Notes: generated from the sequence alone by a model not told the origin. Counted from the stretch's first letter, positions 39,936-49,682 are shown. The stretch is 64,000 nucleotides of DNA from Tidjanibacter sp. (GCA_045639285.1 JAZUCV010000020.1:3936-67935); one strand, 5' to 3'. Numbers and translations: made by a program.

Positions 39936-40601
39936 ATGGAGGTAAAAATCAACACAGCGTGGAAGTCACTCCTGCAAGAGGAGTTCGACAAGCCCTACTT
40001 CGAGGAGCTGACATCATTCGTCAGGCAAGAGTATGCCACAAAGCGCATATTCCCCGCCGGAAAGAACATATTCCGCGCATTCGATATGTGCCCACCCGAC
40101 AAGGTGAAAGTGGTAATCATAGGCCAAGACCCCTACCACGACGAGGGGCAGGCAAATGGTCTATGCTTCTCCGTGGGCGACGGCATAAAGATACCACCAT
40201 CGCTCGTCAACATATTTAAGGAGGTGGCAGAAGACACCGGAGCCACCATACCCACAACAGGCAACCTCGACAGATGGGCAGAACAAGGAGTGCTACTCCT
40301 CAACTCCGTACTCACAGTAGAGGCACACAAAGCAGCCTCACACGCAGGACGCGGATGGGAACAGTTCACAGACGCCGTGGTGCGCATACTATCCACACAC
40401 CACAACGGCATAGTATACCTCCTATGGGGAAGCTATGCACAACGCAAAGGACTGACAATCGTGCACCCGGAACAAAACCTGGTACTCAAAAGCGCACACC
40501 CCTCACCACTCTCCGTATATCGCGGATTCATAGGCTGCCGACACTTCTCAAAAGCAAACACCTACCTCACAGCACAAGGTAAAGAGCCAATAATCTGGTA
40601 A
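39936..40601 (+). CDS. ung: Uracil-DNA glycosylase (family 1)
   Basis: GQDPYH, PPSLVNI, WAEQGVLLLN, LWG and HPSPLS. Confidence 0.97.
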   Translation: MEVKINTAWKSLLQEEFDKPYFEELTSFVRQEYATKRIFPAGKNIFRAFDMCPPDKVKVVIIGQDPYHDEGQANGLCFSVGDGIKIPPSLVNIFKEVAEDTGATIPTTGNLDRWAEQGVLLLNSVLTVEAHKAASHAGRGWEQFTDAVVRILSTHHNGIVYLLWGSYAQRKGLTIVHPEQNLVLKSAHPSPLSVYRGFIGCRHFSKANTYLTAQGKEPIIW

Positions 40602-40662
40602 TGCTCCCCCGCTTTTTGTGAAAAGCGGTACCAAAAACTTTTGTACTATTAGTTTGAATGGT

Positions 40663-40733
40663 ATCTCCCTAATCTCCCTAATCTTCTTAAACTCCCTACA
40701 CTCCCATTATTCCCTTAACTCTCTCCCCACCCT
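40663..40733. repeat. Degenerate C-rich 9-mer array
   Basis: ATCTCCCTA ATCTCCCTA ATCTTCTTA AACTCCCTA CACTCCCAT TATTCCCTT AACTCTCTC. Confidence 0.75.
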
Positions 40734-40740
40734 AACAAAC

Positions 40741-40772
40741 AACAGCCGAGAGATGATTATCTCTCGGCTGTT
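40741..40772. terminator. Hairpin between convergent genes, probable terminator
   Basis: AACAGCCGAGAGAT-GATT-ATCTCTCGGCTGTT. Confidence 0.75.
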
Positions 40773-40790
40773 GGCTAAGGAGTCTTTATT

Positions 40791-41630
40791 CTACTCAATA
40801 ACACCTTTCTCGCGCATCACATCGCCAAACGAGACAAGTTCTATGCCGTTCTCCTGGATATACTTCATCACCTCTGGGTCGGTGAAGGCGTTGGTAACAT
40901 CCTGGCGGTCGGGGCCAGCAAAGCGTTTCTCGCCACGCGCAGTCACCTCGTAGATACCCTTCATCTCCTCATTGTCGAGCGAGGGGTGCTCAATAGTCCA
41001 ATAGGTCTTGCCCTTCTCCATCTTCTTCAAGGCCTCCAGCAGGCGGGGTGCACGGTTGCCACCGCCAAAGCCCATAGGCAAACTCTCGATGCCAATCTGC
41101 GCATCGTAGTCGCCCTGGCCCTGATATCTGAGGCCATACTCCTCAGCAACACGGATGGCAAGCTCCTTGAACTCGGGGCGCATAGTCCACATACAGTGGT
41201 CAGTGATGTGGGTCACGTTGTCGATATATTTCATAGCCAGCTCTATCTGCGCTCTCATCTCCTTCTCCACATCCTCTAAGGTAGCATTGGGGTTCTGGGT
41301 CTTGCCAATCAGGTAGCCATCCTCATCGCAGAGGGAGGGGCAATCAGTCAATGGTCTCCACTTGAAGCCTGCCCACTCACAGCACAGAGTGATGTGAACA
41401 CCCACATCCAGGCCGGGATGCTCTTTGAGCATATTGGCTGCCTCCATAAACCAGGGGCAAACGCTCATAACCTCAGCCGAGCGACCGATGCCCTCTTCAT
41501 AGCACTGGATAATTGCAAGATTTGTTGCGTGAGTAACACCCAAATCGTCCATACGGACAATCAGTCGCTGCGCCTGTGCAAATTGAACGGCACAGAGAGC
41601 GATAGACAGTGTGAGAAAAAATTTCTTCAT
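40791..41630 (-). CDS. ChbG/HpnK (YdjC) family carbohydrate deacetylase, secreted
   Basis: Signal peptide, RMDDLG, DVGVHITL, EW...WRPL, THITDH and EHP. Confidence 0.85.
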   Translation of the reverse strand: MKKFFLTLSIALCAVQFAQAQRLIVRMDDLGVTHATNLAIIQCYEEGIGRSAEVMSVCPWFMEAANMLKEHPGLDVGVHITLCCEWAGFKWRPLTDCPSLCDEDGYLIGKTQNPNATLEDVEKEMRAQIELAMKYIDNVTHITDHCMWTMRPEFKELAIRVAEEYGLRYQGQGDYDAQIGIESLPMGFGGGNRAPRLLEALKKMEKGKTYWTIEHPSLDNEEMKGIYEVTARGEKRFAGPDRQDVTNAFTDPEVMKYIQENGIELVSFGDVMREKGVIE

Positions 41631-41772
41631 TTTGATTAGTTTTTAGTTTGCTATGTAAAATTACACGATTATCTGTCAACAAACAAATGTTATCTACAAT
41701 ATTTTCAAATAGAAATAGCACCCGATAGATTCCGCCTACCGAGTGCCACACTATCTTAGCGAGTTTATTGCA

Positions 41773-42057
41773 TTAGAAAGATTCGGGTTTCTCCCTATGG
41801 ATATAATTCACCACATCTTGAAGTCCCACAGCAAACTTCTCAAAATCCTCCTTATAGAGGTGGAGTTTCTGTTTCTCATAGGTTACTTCGCCATCAGGGA
41901 GGGTCATTCTACGGCTCTCAGTAATTGTCACAAAGTAGTCATTACCACGAGTAGCCTTCACATCGAAGAAGTAGGTGCGTTTGCCTGCTCTTACTATCTT
42001 CGAGTAGAGTTCATCTCCAATTCTTTCGCGCTCAAGCTCATTAGTATAATTCTCCAT
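41773..42057 (-). CDS. DUF3276 / PUR-family nucleic-acid-binding protein
   Basis: SKIVRAGKRTYFFDV, ITES and LYKEDF. Confidence 0.9.
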   Translation of the reverse strand: MENYTNELERERIGDELYSKIVRAGKRTYFFDVKATRGNDYFVTITESRRMTLPDGEVTYEKQKLHLYKEDFEKFAVGLQDVVNYIHREKPESF

Positions 42058-42099
42058 ATTCAATAAATTAAGTAGGGTTAATAAATCATCTTTATCTCT

Positions 42100-43707
42100 T
42101 TACTCCGCTGGCGGGGCAAGCAACTCACGATATCTCTCAGGTGAGCAGATAACCTCTATCGCCATATCGAGCTCAGGGTCTTCTGTGGCGTGTACTATGC
42201 GGTAGTACTCCGTCGTGCCCCATAGTTTGCGTGCCACAAGGGCTTTGAGCAGGTAGGCGGTATCGCTCAGCGAATTACCCACCTTCTCAGGATTATACAT
42301 CACACCACGCTCCTCACCCAGGTCAATCAGTCGTTGTTGGAAGTCGTCGGGCAACGAATATCCCTCTGCGAAGGCCTCAAATGTGGGGTACCTCCTCTCC
42401 AATCTCGTGCGTTCCTCATCGAGATATACATTAACCAGCTCGTTAATCACGCCCGCACCCGAGAGTGCCGACCAATAGGCGAAGTTGCGGGTTGTATCAA
42501 TCGGGATATAGAGGTCTGGCTCAACACCTCCGCCACCATAGACCGTACGGCCACTATTAAGTGTGCGATAGGCTGGCAGATTTTGATTTACCGAATCGCG
42601 ATAGTGCTCATCCACCGAGCGACGCAGGTGGTCAACATAGTACTCCTCGGCCTTGCCATTCTCATAAGGACGCTGAATAGCCCTGCCACTTGGGGTATAG
42701 TAGTGGGCCACAGTGATACGCACTGCCGAGTTGTCCGAGAGAGGTATCTGTCGCTGAACCAATCCCTTGCCATAGGTAGGCTGACCAATCAGCACTCCCC
42801 TATCCCAATCCTGTACTGCGCCCGACACAATCTCACTTGCCGAAGCAGACGAAGAGTCGATAAGTACAACAAGGCGGGGGCTACTATACTCACCAGGCAA
42901 CTCGGAGCCATAGCGGGTCTTAGGAACGCTTCGTCCCTCTATCGATACCACCTCGCAACCAGCAGGAAGAAAGAATGACCCCATCTCTACTGCCTGAGTG
43001 AGCAGACCGCCACCATTGGCTCGCAGGTCGAGTATCAGGCCTTCGGTTGCGCCCGTCTTATCGATTGCCTCGCGGAGTTCGTCCATCGTATTATCGGCAA
43101 AGCGATTGACCTTCACATAGCCGATATTCGGGGCAATCTGATAGGCAGCATCTACCGTCTCGATAGGGATATCATCGCGCACGACACGGAAACGCAATGG
43201 CTCTTTCAGGCCACGACGCACCACATCGAGTTCGACCACGCTACCCTTAGGGCCTCGCAGTCGCTTACGCACATCGTTCTGAGTAATGCCGATAGCACTC
43301 TCCGAGTCGATAGCGATAATCTTATCGCCAGCCACCATTCCGAGTTGCTCCGATGGGCCACCCGCAATGGTTGACACTACCGAGAGTGTATCATTGAGGA
43401 TATCGAACTCAATACCGATGCCACTGAAACTACCGCTAAACTCCTCCTCAACACCCACCATCTCCTCGGCGGTGACATAGGCAGAGTGAGGGTCGAGCTC
43501 GGCAAGCACCGCACGGATAGCCTCCTCGGTGACAGCCTGATGGTTTACGGTATCTACATAGAGAGCGTCAAGGTAGTAGAAGAATTGGTTGAACTTACGC
43601 AAACTCTGCTCAACATCTCTGCCACTGCCACTCATAACCACCTGCGCAGTTGCCACAAAGGGCAACAACGCAAACAGCAACACGGTAAACACTCTCTTAG
43701 TCCTCAT
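42100..43707 (-). CDS. S41 C-terminal processing peptidase
   Basis: LDPHS, GIGIEF PDZ region, LDLRANGGG, SASASEI, QDWDRG and GKGLVQ. Confidence 0.93.
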   Translation of the reverse strand: MRTKRVFTVLLFALLPFVATAQVVMSGSGRDVEQSLRKFNQFFYYLDALYVDTVNHQAVTEEAIRAVLAELDPHSAYVTAEEMVGVEEEFSGSFSGIGIEFDILNDTLSVVSTIAGGPSEQLGMVAGDKIIAIDSESAIGITQNDVRKRLRGPKGSVVELDVVRRGLKEPLRFRVVRDDIPIETVDAAYQIAPNIGYVKVNRFADNTMDELREAIDKTGATEGLILDLRANGGGLLTQAVEMGSFFLPAGCEVVSIEGRSVPKTRYGSELPGEYSSPRLVVLIDSSSASASEIVSGAVQDWDRGVLIGQPTYGKGLVQRQIPLSDNSAVRITVAHYYTPSGRAIQRPYENGKAEEYYVDHLRRSVDEHYRDSVNQNLPAYRTLNSGRTVYGGGGVEPDLYIPIDTTRNFAYWSALSGAGVINELVNVYLDEERTRLERRYPTFEAFAEGYSLPDDFQQRLIDLGEERGVMYNPEKVGNSLSDTAYLLKALVARKLWGTTEYYRIVHATEDPELDMAIEVICSPERYRELLAPPAE

Positions 43708-43773
43708 AATCAATTTTTTATACATTTTTCCTCGTTCTAACCCCCATCCAATTGAGGCCACGAACGAAAAAAA

Positions 43774-45135
43774 CTATTTGCGGGCGAGGAAGGCGGGGAG
43801 TTCCGCAAAGGGAACGCTTGCCTGCTCGCCGGTAACCATATTCTTCACGGTAGCCACCTCGGAGCCAATCTCGCTCTCGCCAACAATCACAACATAGGGG
43901 ATAGCCCTGCGGTTGGCATACTCCATCTGCTTCTTCATCTTCGCACTCTCGGGATAGATATCCGATGGAACGCCGGCCTTGCGCAGTGCGCTCAGCAGTC
44001 GGAGTGCCACGCCAAGCTCGGTACCGCCAAAGTTGATGAAGAGCGCATCCGTAGTACGACCTGCCTCCTCGGGGAAGAGGTCAAGACCTGTCATCACATC
44101 GTAGATACGGTCAGCACCAAAGCTGATACCCACACCCGAGGTGTTAGGCAAGCCGAAGATACCTGTCAGGTCATCATAACGACCACCACCACAGATACTG
44201 CCAATCTCATAATCCTTAGCCTTCACCTCGAAGATAGCACCTGTATAGTAGTTCAAACCGCGTGCCAACGAGAGGTCAATCTCAATCTCCAAGCCACAAT
44301 CGGAGTTCTCGATGTAGTCGAAGAGCTGCTCCATCTCTCGGATACCCTTCATACCGGTCTCCGAGCCACCAATAATCTCAGCCATCTTGGCGAGCTTCTC
44401 GCGCGAAGTGCCACTGAGCGAGAGGATGGGGATGAGTTTCTCGATAGCCTCCTCCTCAATGCCGCGCTCGGAGAGCTCCTTCTTCACGTTCTCCAAACCA
44501 ATCTTGTCGAGCTTATCGATAGCCACGGTGATATCAATCATCTTATCGGCGTGACCAATAGTCTCTGCAATACCGAAGAGGATTTTGCGGTTATTGATTT
44601 TCAGTTTTACGCCAATACCCAGTTTAGCAAAGACTGCCTCCACAATCTGTACAAGTTCAAACTCGTAGTAGAGCGAGGGGGAGCCGATAGCATCCACATC
44701 GCACTGGTAGAACTCTCTGTAACGACCCTTCTGAGGACGGTCGGCACGCCACACGGGCTGTACCTGATAGCGCTTGAAGGGGAAGACGAGCTCGTTCTGG
44801 TGCTGCACAACAAAGCGCGCAAAGGGTACGGTGAGGTCGTAGCGCAAGCCCTTCTCACAAATCTTGGCCGCCAGCGCAGCGGGGTTCTCCATCAGCTCAG
44901 GAGTCATCTTCTGAGTGAAGTCACCCGAGTTGAGAATCTTGAACAACAGTTTGTCGCCCTCCTCGCCATACTTGCCCATCAGGGTCGAGAGATTCTCCAT
45001 AGCGGGAGTCTCAAGCGGAGCATAGCCAAAAGTGCGGAATACCTCCTTGATAGTATCGAACAGATAGGTACGACGAGTCATCTCAACAGGCGAGAAGTCG
45101 CGAGTACCCTTTGGAATTGACGGTTTTTGTGCCAT
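43774..45135 (-). CDS. hisS: Histidine--tRNA ligase
   Basis: [36 protein letters not shown] and GGGRYD. Confidence 0.98.
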   Translation of the reverse strand: MAQKPSIPKGTRDFSPVEMTRRTYLFDTIKEVFRTFGYAPLETPAMENLSTLMGKYGEEGDKLLFKILNSGDFTQKMTPELMENPAALAAKICEKGLRYDLTVPFARFVVQHQNELVFPFKRYQVQPVWRADRPQKGRYREFYQCDVDAIGSPSLYYEFELVQIVEAVFAKLGIGVKLKINNRKILFGIAETIGHADKMIDITVAIDKLDKIGLENVKKELSERGIEEEAIEKLIPILSLSGTSREKLAKMAEIIGGSETGMKGIREMEQLFDYIENSDCGLEIEIDLSLARGLNYYTGAIFEVKAKDYEIGSICGGGRYDDLTGIFGLPNTSGVGISFGADRIYDVMTGLDLFPEEAGRTTDALFINFGGTELGVALRLLSALRKAGVPSDIYPESAKMKKQMEYANRRAIPYVVIVGESEIGSEVATVKNMVTGEQASVPFAELPAFLARK

Positions 45136-45214
45136 TTTTAAACGGTAAGTCTGGTTAATATTAATAAACCTTATTAAGGTAACTTATAGTATTAACGTAT
45201 AAATGAATAAAAAT

Positions 45215-46891
45215 CTAATTCTCAATCAGTTTTCTATATTTAGCACGCTTGGGAGTAGTGTCGATACCCATAGCGCGTTTGTGCTCCTCGTACTCCGAGT
45301 AAGAGCCCTCGAAATAGACAACCTTACCATCGCCCTCGAAGGAGAGGATGTGTGTAGCAATACGGTCGAGGAACCAACGGTCGTGCGAGATAACCACAGC
45401 ACAGCCGGCGAAGTTCTCCAAGCCCTCCTCCAGCGCACGCAGGGTGTTCACATCGATATCGTTGGTAGGCTCATCGAGCAGAAGCACGTTGCCCTCCTCT
45501 TTGAGTGCCAGAGCCAGGTGGAGGCGGTTACGCTCACCACCACTCAGCACACCGCACTTCTTCTCTTGGTCTGCGCCGGAGAAGTTGAAGCGCGAAACGT
45601 AGGCACGAGCATTGACCTGACGCTTACCGAGAGTGATAAGGTCGCTATTCTGCGAGATAACCTCATATACGCTCTTGTCGGGGTCAATAGATTTATGCTG
45701 CTGGTCAACGTATGCGAGCTTCACGGTCTCACCCACACGGAACTGACCCGAGGTAGGCTCCTCCAAACCCATAATCATACGGAACAGAGTGGTCTTACCG
45801 GTACCGTTGGGGCCAATCACACCCACAATACCCGCAGGGGGCAGAGTGAAGTTCAGACCCTCGTAGAGCACTCTGTCGCCAAAAGCCTTGCTCACATCGT
45901 GTGCCTCAATAACGACATTACCCAAACGGGGACCATCGGGGATATAGATTTCGAGTTTCTCCTCTTTCTGCTTTGCATCTTCGTTGAGCATCTTATCGTA
46001 TGCACTCAGACGAGCCTTGCTCTTGGCGTGGCGAGCCTTGGGACTCATACGCACCCACTCCAACTCACGCTCCAAAGTCTTTCTGCGCTTGCTCTCCTGC
46101 TTCTCCTCCATAGCCAGACGATTGCTCTTCTGCTCCAGCCAGCTCGAGTAGTTACCCTTCCAGGGAATACCCTCACCACGGTCAAGCTCAAGAATCCAGC
46201 CTGCCACATTGTCGAGGAAGTAACGGTCGTGGGTTACAGCGATAACGGTACCCTTGTACTGCTGCAAGTGCTGCTCCAACCAATCGATACTCTCAGCATC
46301 GAGGTGGTTGGTAGGCTCGTCGAGGAGCAACACATCGGGCTCCTGCAACAACAGACGGCAGAGTGCCACACGACGACGCTCACCACCCGAGAGGTGTGCT
46401 ACCGACTCGTCGGGGTCGGGACAGCGCAGAGCATCCATCGCACGCTCCAGAACACTGTCAATCTCCCAGCCGTTCACAGCGTCGATAGCCTCGGTAAGCT
46501 CACCCTGACGCATAATCAGACGATTCATCTCGTCGTCATCCATAGGCTCGCAGAAGCGATTGTTAATCTCCTCATACTCTTTCAGGAGCGCCATAGTCTC
46601 GGCACAACCCTCCTGCACAACCTCTTTGACGGTCTTGGTGGGGTCGAGCTGGGGCTCCTGCTCCAGATAACCTACCGAGTAGCCGGGGGAGAATACCACC
46701 TCACCCTGGTAGGATTTGTCGATACCTGCAATAATCTTCATCAGCGTCGATTTACCCGAGCCGTTGAGACCGATGATACCGATTTTCGCTCCGTAAAAGA
46801 AAGAGAGGTAGATGTTATTCAATACCTTTTTCTGATTGTTGAAGGTCTTGCAGATGCCGACCATCGAGAAAATGATTTTTTCGTCAGCCAT
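45215..46891 (-). CDS. ettA: Energy-dependent translational throttle ABC-F protein
   Basis: Two ABC cassettes, SFFYGAKIG and LERELEWVR linker; 558 aa. Confidence 0.95.
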   Translation of the reverse strand: MADEKIIFSMVGICKTFNNQKKVLNNIYLSFFYGAKIGIIGLNGSGKSTLMKIIAGIDKSYQGEVVFSPGYSVGYLEQEPQLDPTKTVKEVVQEGCAETMALLKEYEEINNRFCEPMDDDEMNRLIMRQGELTEAIDAVNGWEIDSVLERAMDALRCPDPDESVAHLSGGERRRVALCRLLLQEPDVLLLDEPTNHLDAESIDWLEQHLQQYKGTVIAVTHDRYFLDNVAGWILELDRGEGIPWKGNYSSWLEQKSNRLAMEEKQESKRRKTLERELEWVRMSPKARHAKSKARLSAYDKMLNEDAKQKEEKLEIYIPDGPRLGNVVIEAHDVSKAFGDRVLYEGLNFTLPPAGIVGVIGPNGTGKTTLFRMIMGLEEPTSGQFRVGETVKLAYVDQQHKSIDPDKSVYEVISQNSDLITLGKRQVNARAYVSRFNFSGADQEKKCGVLSGGERNRLHLALALKEEGNVLLLDEPTNDIDVNTLRALEEGLENFAGCAVVISHDRWFLDRIATHILSFEGDGKVVYFEGSYSEYEEHKRAMGIDTTPKRAKYRKLIEN

Positions 46892-47139
46892 TTTTATCTA
46901 TATTTTTGTCAACTATTCTGTTTCGTGTAGTCCTACGATTAATTTCACATAGGCATATAATTGGCAAATATACCTATTTTTCTATAATTTACCCGATAGT
47001 TTTTACAAATAGTAGCATAAAAAGATGTGATTGGTCTTTTTGTTGTGGATATGAAAAATGTTTTTATCTTTGTACTAAGAAAAAGACAACACAAAAAACA
47101 GATAAATAAATATTAAACACTAAAAATTAGAGTACTATT

Positions 47140-47715
47140 ATGGCATCATTGAAAGGAACCCGTACCGAGCAGAATTTGCTTAAATCGTTTGCAGGCGAGA
47201 GCCAGGCACGTATGCGTTACAACTATTTTGCAAGTGTAGCAAAGAAAGAGGGCTACGAGCAGATTGCAGCAATCTTCAACGAGACCGCTGACCAGGAGAA
47301 GGAGCACGCAAAGAAATTCTTTAAATATCTGGAGGGTGGTATGGTTGAGATCACTGCATCGTACCCCGCAGGTGTTATCGGTGACACCTACCAGAACCTT
47401 GTAGCAGCCGCTTCGGGCGAGAATGAGGAGTGGACCGAGCTCTATCCCGAGTTCGCTAAGATCGCTGACGAGGAGGGCTTCCCCGAGATTGCACAGACCT
47501 TCCGCGCAATCGCACTCGTTGAGGAGCAGCACGAGATTCGCTACCGCACCCTCTTCACCCGTATCGAGAACGGCGAGGTATTCCTCCGCAAGACCGAGAT
47601 TACCTGGCAGTGCCGTAACTGCGGCTTCGTAGTTACCGCTAAGGAGGCTCCCGAGCTCTGCCCCGCTTGTAAGCATCCTCAGGCTTACTTCGAGCCTATG
47701 AAGACTAACTACTAA
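47140..47715 (+). CDS. rbr: Rubrerythrin
   Basis: FAGESQA, EKEHA, EEQHE and WQCRNCG...CPAC. TATCTTTG promoter element at 47065. Confidence 0.96.
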   Translation: MASLKGTRTEQNLLKSFAGESQARMRYNYFASVAKKEGYEQIAAIFNETADQEKEHAKKFFKYLEGGMVEITASYPAGVIGDTYQNLVAAASGENEEWTELYPEFAKIADEEGFPEIAQTFRAIALVEEQHEIRYRTLFTRIENGEVFLRKTEITWQCRNCGFVVTAKEAPELCPACKHPQAYFEPMKTNY

Positions 47716-47725
47716 TAGGTTGGAG

Positions 47726-47773
47726 ATATAAACAAAGAGTGACGCTTAAAAAATCGTCACTCTTTGTTTATAT
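47726..47773 (+). terminator. Terminator of rbr
   Basis: ATATAAACAAAGAGTGACG-loop-CGTCACTCTTTGTTTATAT. Confidence 0.8.
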
Positions 47774-47967
47774 TAGGAAGGTAAATTACCGCCGTACTAC
47801 TTTCACCACCTCGACACCTGCCTGCTTCGCAGACAATTAATAAGCGTTTACCCACCCCCTAAATCCCCCTCCTTAGAGCGGGACTTACTCCTCGGCAAAG
47901 CCGAGGTGAATAATGCGGGCACGACCGAGTGTGGGTTTCGGAAGTTGCGGACACGACCGTTTATTGA

Positions 47968-48141
47968 TGGGAAATTTGGGCATAATAGGAATTATAGGAG
48001 TGATAGGAGCAATAGGAAAGATGAATTTAGGGAGAGTAGAGAATTTAGGGAGAGTAGGGAACTTAGAGATATTCCTTAAACTCCTTAAACTCCTTAGACT
48101 CCTTAGACTCCCTAAACTCCTTAAGTTCCTATTACTCCTAT
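47968..48141. repeat. Degenerate 9-mer array, G-rich arm followed by complementary C-rich arm
   Basis: ATAGGAATT/TTAGGGAGA-type units, then AAACTCCTT/AGACTCCTT-type units. Confidence 0.8.
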
Positions 48142-48152
48142 CCGCCCTATCC

Positions 48153-48191
48153 AAAAAAGCAGAGAGTGGTATCGAACCACTCTCTGCTTTT
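48153..48191. terminator. Terminator hairpin, probably ending the minus-strand SusC/D locus
   Basis: AAAAGCAGAGAGTGGT-ATCGA-ACCACTCTCTGCTTTT. Confidence 0.75.
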
Positions 48192-48211
48192 AATATAAAC
48201 CCACTCACTTC

Positions 48212-48467
48212 AAAAAGTCATATGGTTTAGGAAATTTTGGGTTTCGCGAAGAAAGGCGAGCCGAAGTTTACTTGGCGTAAATGAGGCGAAGCCTTTCGAG
48301 GGAAGTGCAAAATTTACAAGCCAGATGGCTTCGTGAGCACCCAAAAAAGTCTTATGATTGAGGGATTTTTGTGCATCGTGCAGCAAGACAAAGCGGAGTT
48401 TACTTGAAGTAAATGAGCATTTGGCTTGCAAGGGATGTGCAAAAATCACCAATCAGATGGCTTTTTT
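48212..48467. mobile_element. Tandem pair of ERIC-like miniature inverted-repeat elements
   Basis: Units 48212-48331 and 48343-48467, joined by the same CGTGAGCACCC spacer as at 6845-6855. Confidence 0.75.
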
Positions 48468-48897
48468 AGATGGCTTTTTTGTAGGTGGTAATATCCTGAG
48501 GATTATCAAGCGCCACCCACTCCATCTCGGTTTCGGTCAGGCGGGTGATGATATAGCGGTGGTTCCACTCGCCAACGCCATAGTCGTAGTTACCGCGAAT
48601 CACAGCCTTGCCGTCGGTAGTGTCGATATAGAAACGACCGGTGATGGTGCGCTCCGGTGCGCTGTCCACATTTTGCCACATAGTAAAGGTGCGGTCGCTG
48701 TGTTTGAAGTCGATGCGCACATAATTACCCTCAGCCAGAGGCTCACCCATCCAGGTAGAGAGTTCCCACTCACCTGCAATATTGTAGGCAGTCACTTCGA
48801 GCAACGCCTCATCGGGGTTGTTGTTGTCGCCACCATTACACGAAGCAAGGGTAAAAGAAATCATCGCCATCAAGGCTACAAAAAGAATCTTTTTCAT
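48466..48897 (-). CDS. Lipocalin-like lipoprotein
   Basis: Lipobox LASC, IAGEWEL (GxW motif) and beta-rich sequence. Confidence 0.7.
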   Translation of the reverse strand: MKKILFVALMAMISFTLASCNGGDNNNPDEALLEVTAYNIAGEWELSTWMGEPLAEGNYVRIDFKHSDRTFTMWQNVDSAPERTITGRFYIDTTDGKAVIRGNYDYGVGEWNHRYIITRLTETEMEWVALDNPQDITTYKKAI

Positions 48898-48899
48898 AT

Positions 48900-49667
48900 C
48901 TATCTGTTTTTCTTTATCAACTCAATTCTGCGCTCTCGGGGTGTCACATCCAACCCTTTGAGGTATAGCGCATTATCTCTATCATCAATCTCTTGCTCAA
49001 AGCGAATCACAAGGTCGCCTTCGCTCTTTGGCGCAAGGGGCGACGGCTCGGTCGTCACACTCACACCTGCGGGTGAGAGCAACGGATCCACCGAGATAGT
49101 CAGCGGCTTGTCGCCTCCATTGAAGCACGCCACGCGCACCGCTCCCATACCCTCGACAGTCACCTTCTCGCTGCGCAACAACAGTGCGCCGTGCGAGTAG
49201 GGATAGTCACTCGCCCTATCGGCAGATGCGCGCACCACGCCCGTCACCTCAACAATAGCGGTAGGTTTACTATCCGAGAGCGAGGAGTATATCATCACTC
49301 GCTGACTAACGGCACCAATACGCCCACGAGGATTAAACTTCAGCTCCAGCCTACAACTCGCTCCTGCCGCCAACACCTTACACTCCGGAGTGGCTTGCAG
49401 ACATCCACAAGTTGTTGTTATTCGGGTGATTACCAATGGTTTCTCACCCTTATTCTGCAAAGTTGCAACTCCTCTCCACGCTTCGCCATCCTCAGCCACC
49501 GTTCCCATAGCCACCCTGCCACCATCGGAGGCGACCAGAGGCGAATCGACAACCGTAGTCTGCATATTCACACTATCGCGCACCTGCTGAGGTATCAGCA
49601 CCATCTGTGCCGAGAGGTTGCCCGAGAGTGTAAGCAAGCCGAGGAGTATGGCTACTCGTCGCAACAT
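48900..49667 (-). CDS. DUF1573 domain-containing (Ig-like) secreted protein
   Basis: NKGEKPLVI..ITTTCGC motif, with a second degenerate NGGDKPLTI repeat. Confidence 0.8.
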   Translation of the reverse strand: MLRRVAILLGLLTLSGNLSAQMVLIPQQVRDSVNMQTTVVDSPLVASDGGRVAMGTVAEDGEAWRGVATLQNKGEKPLVITRITTTCGCLQATPECKVLAAGASCRLELKFNPRGRIGAVSQRVMIYSSLSDSKPTAIVEVTGVVRASADRASDYPYSHGALLLRSEKVTVEGMGAVRVACFNGGDKPLTISVDPLLSPAGVSVTTEPSPLAPKSEGDLVIRFEQEIDDRDNALYLKGLDVTPRERRIELIKKNR

Positions 49668-49682
49668 TATCTATATCAGATA

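Noticed and set aside
47140-47715. Idea that every 9-mer array causes T-depletion of the gene on its left
   Set aside because: rbr, left of the 48-kb array, has many T-ending codons (GCT, ATT, GTT), so the arrays alone do not explain the ung anomaly.
47968-48141. Possible CRISPR array
   Set aside because: The units are degenerate adjacent 9-mers with no unique spacers, and there are no cas genes.
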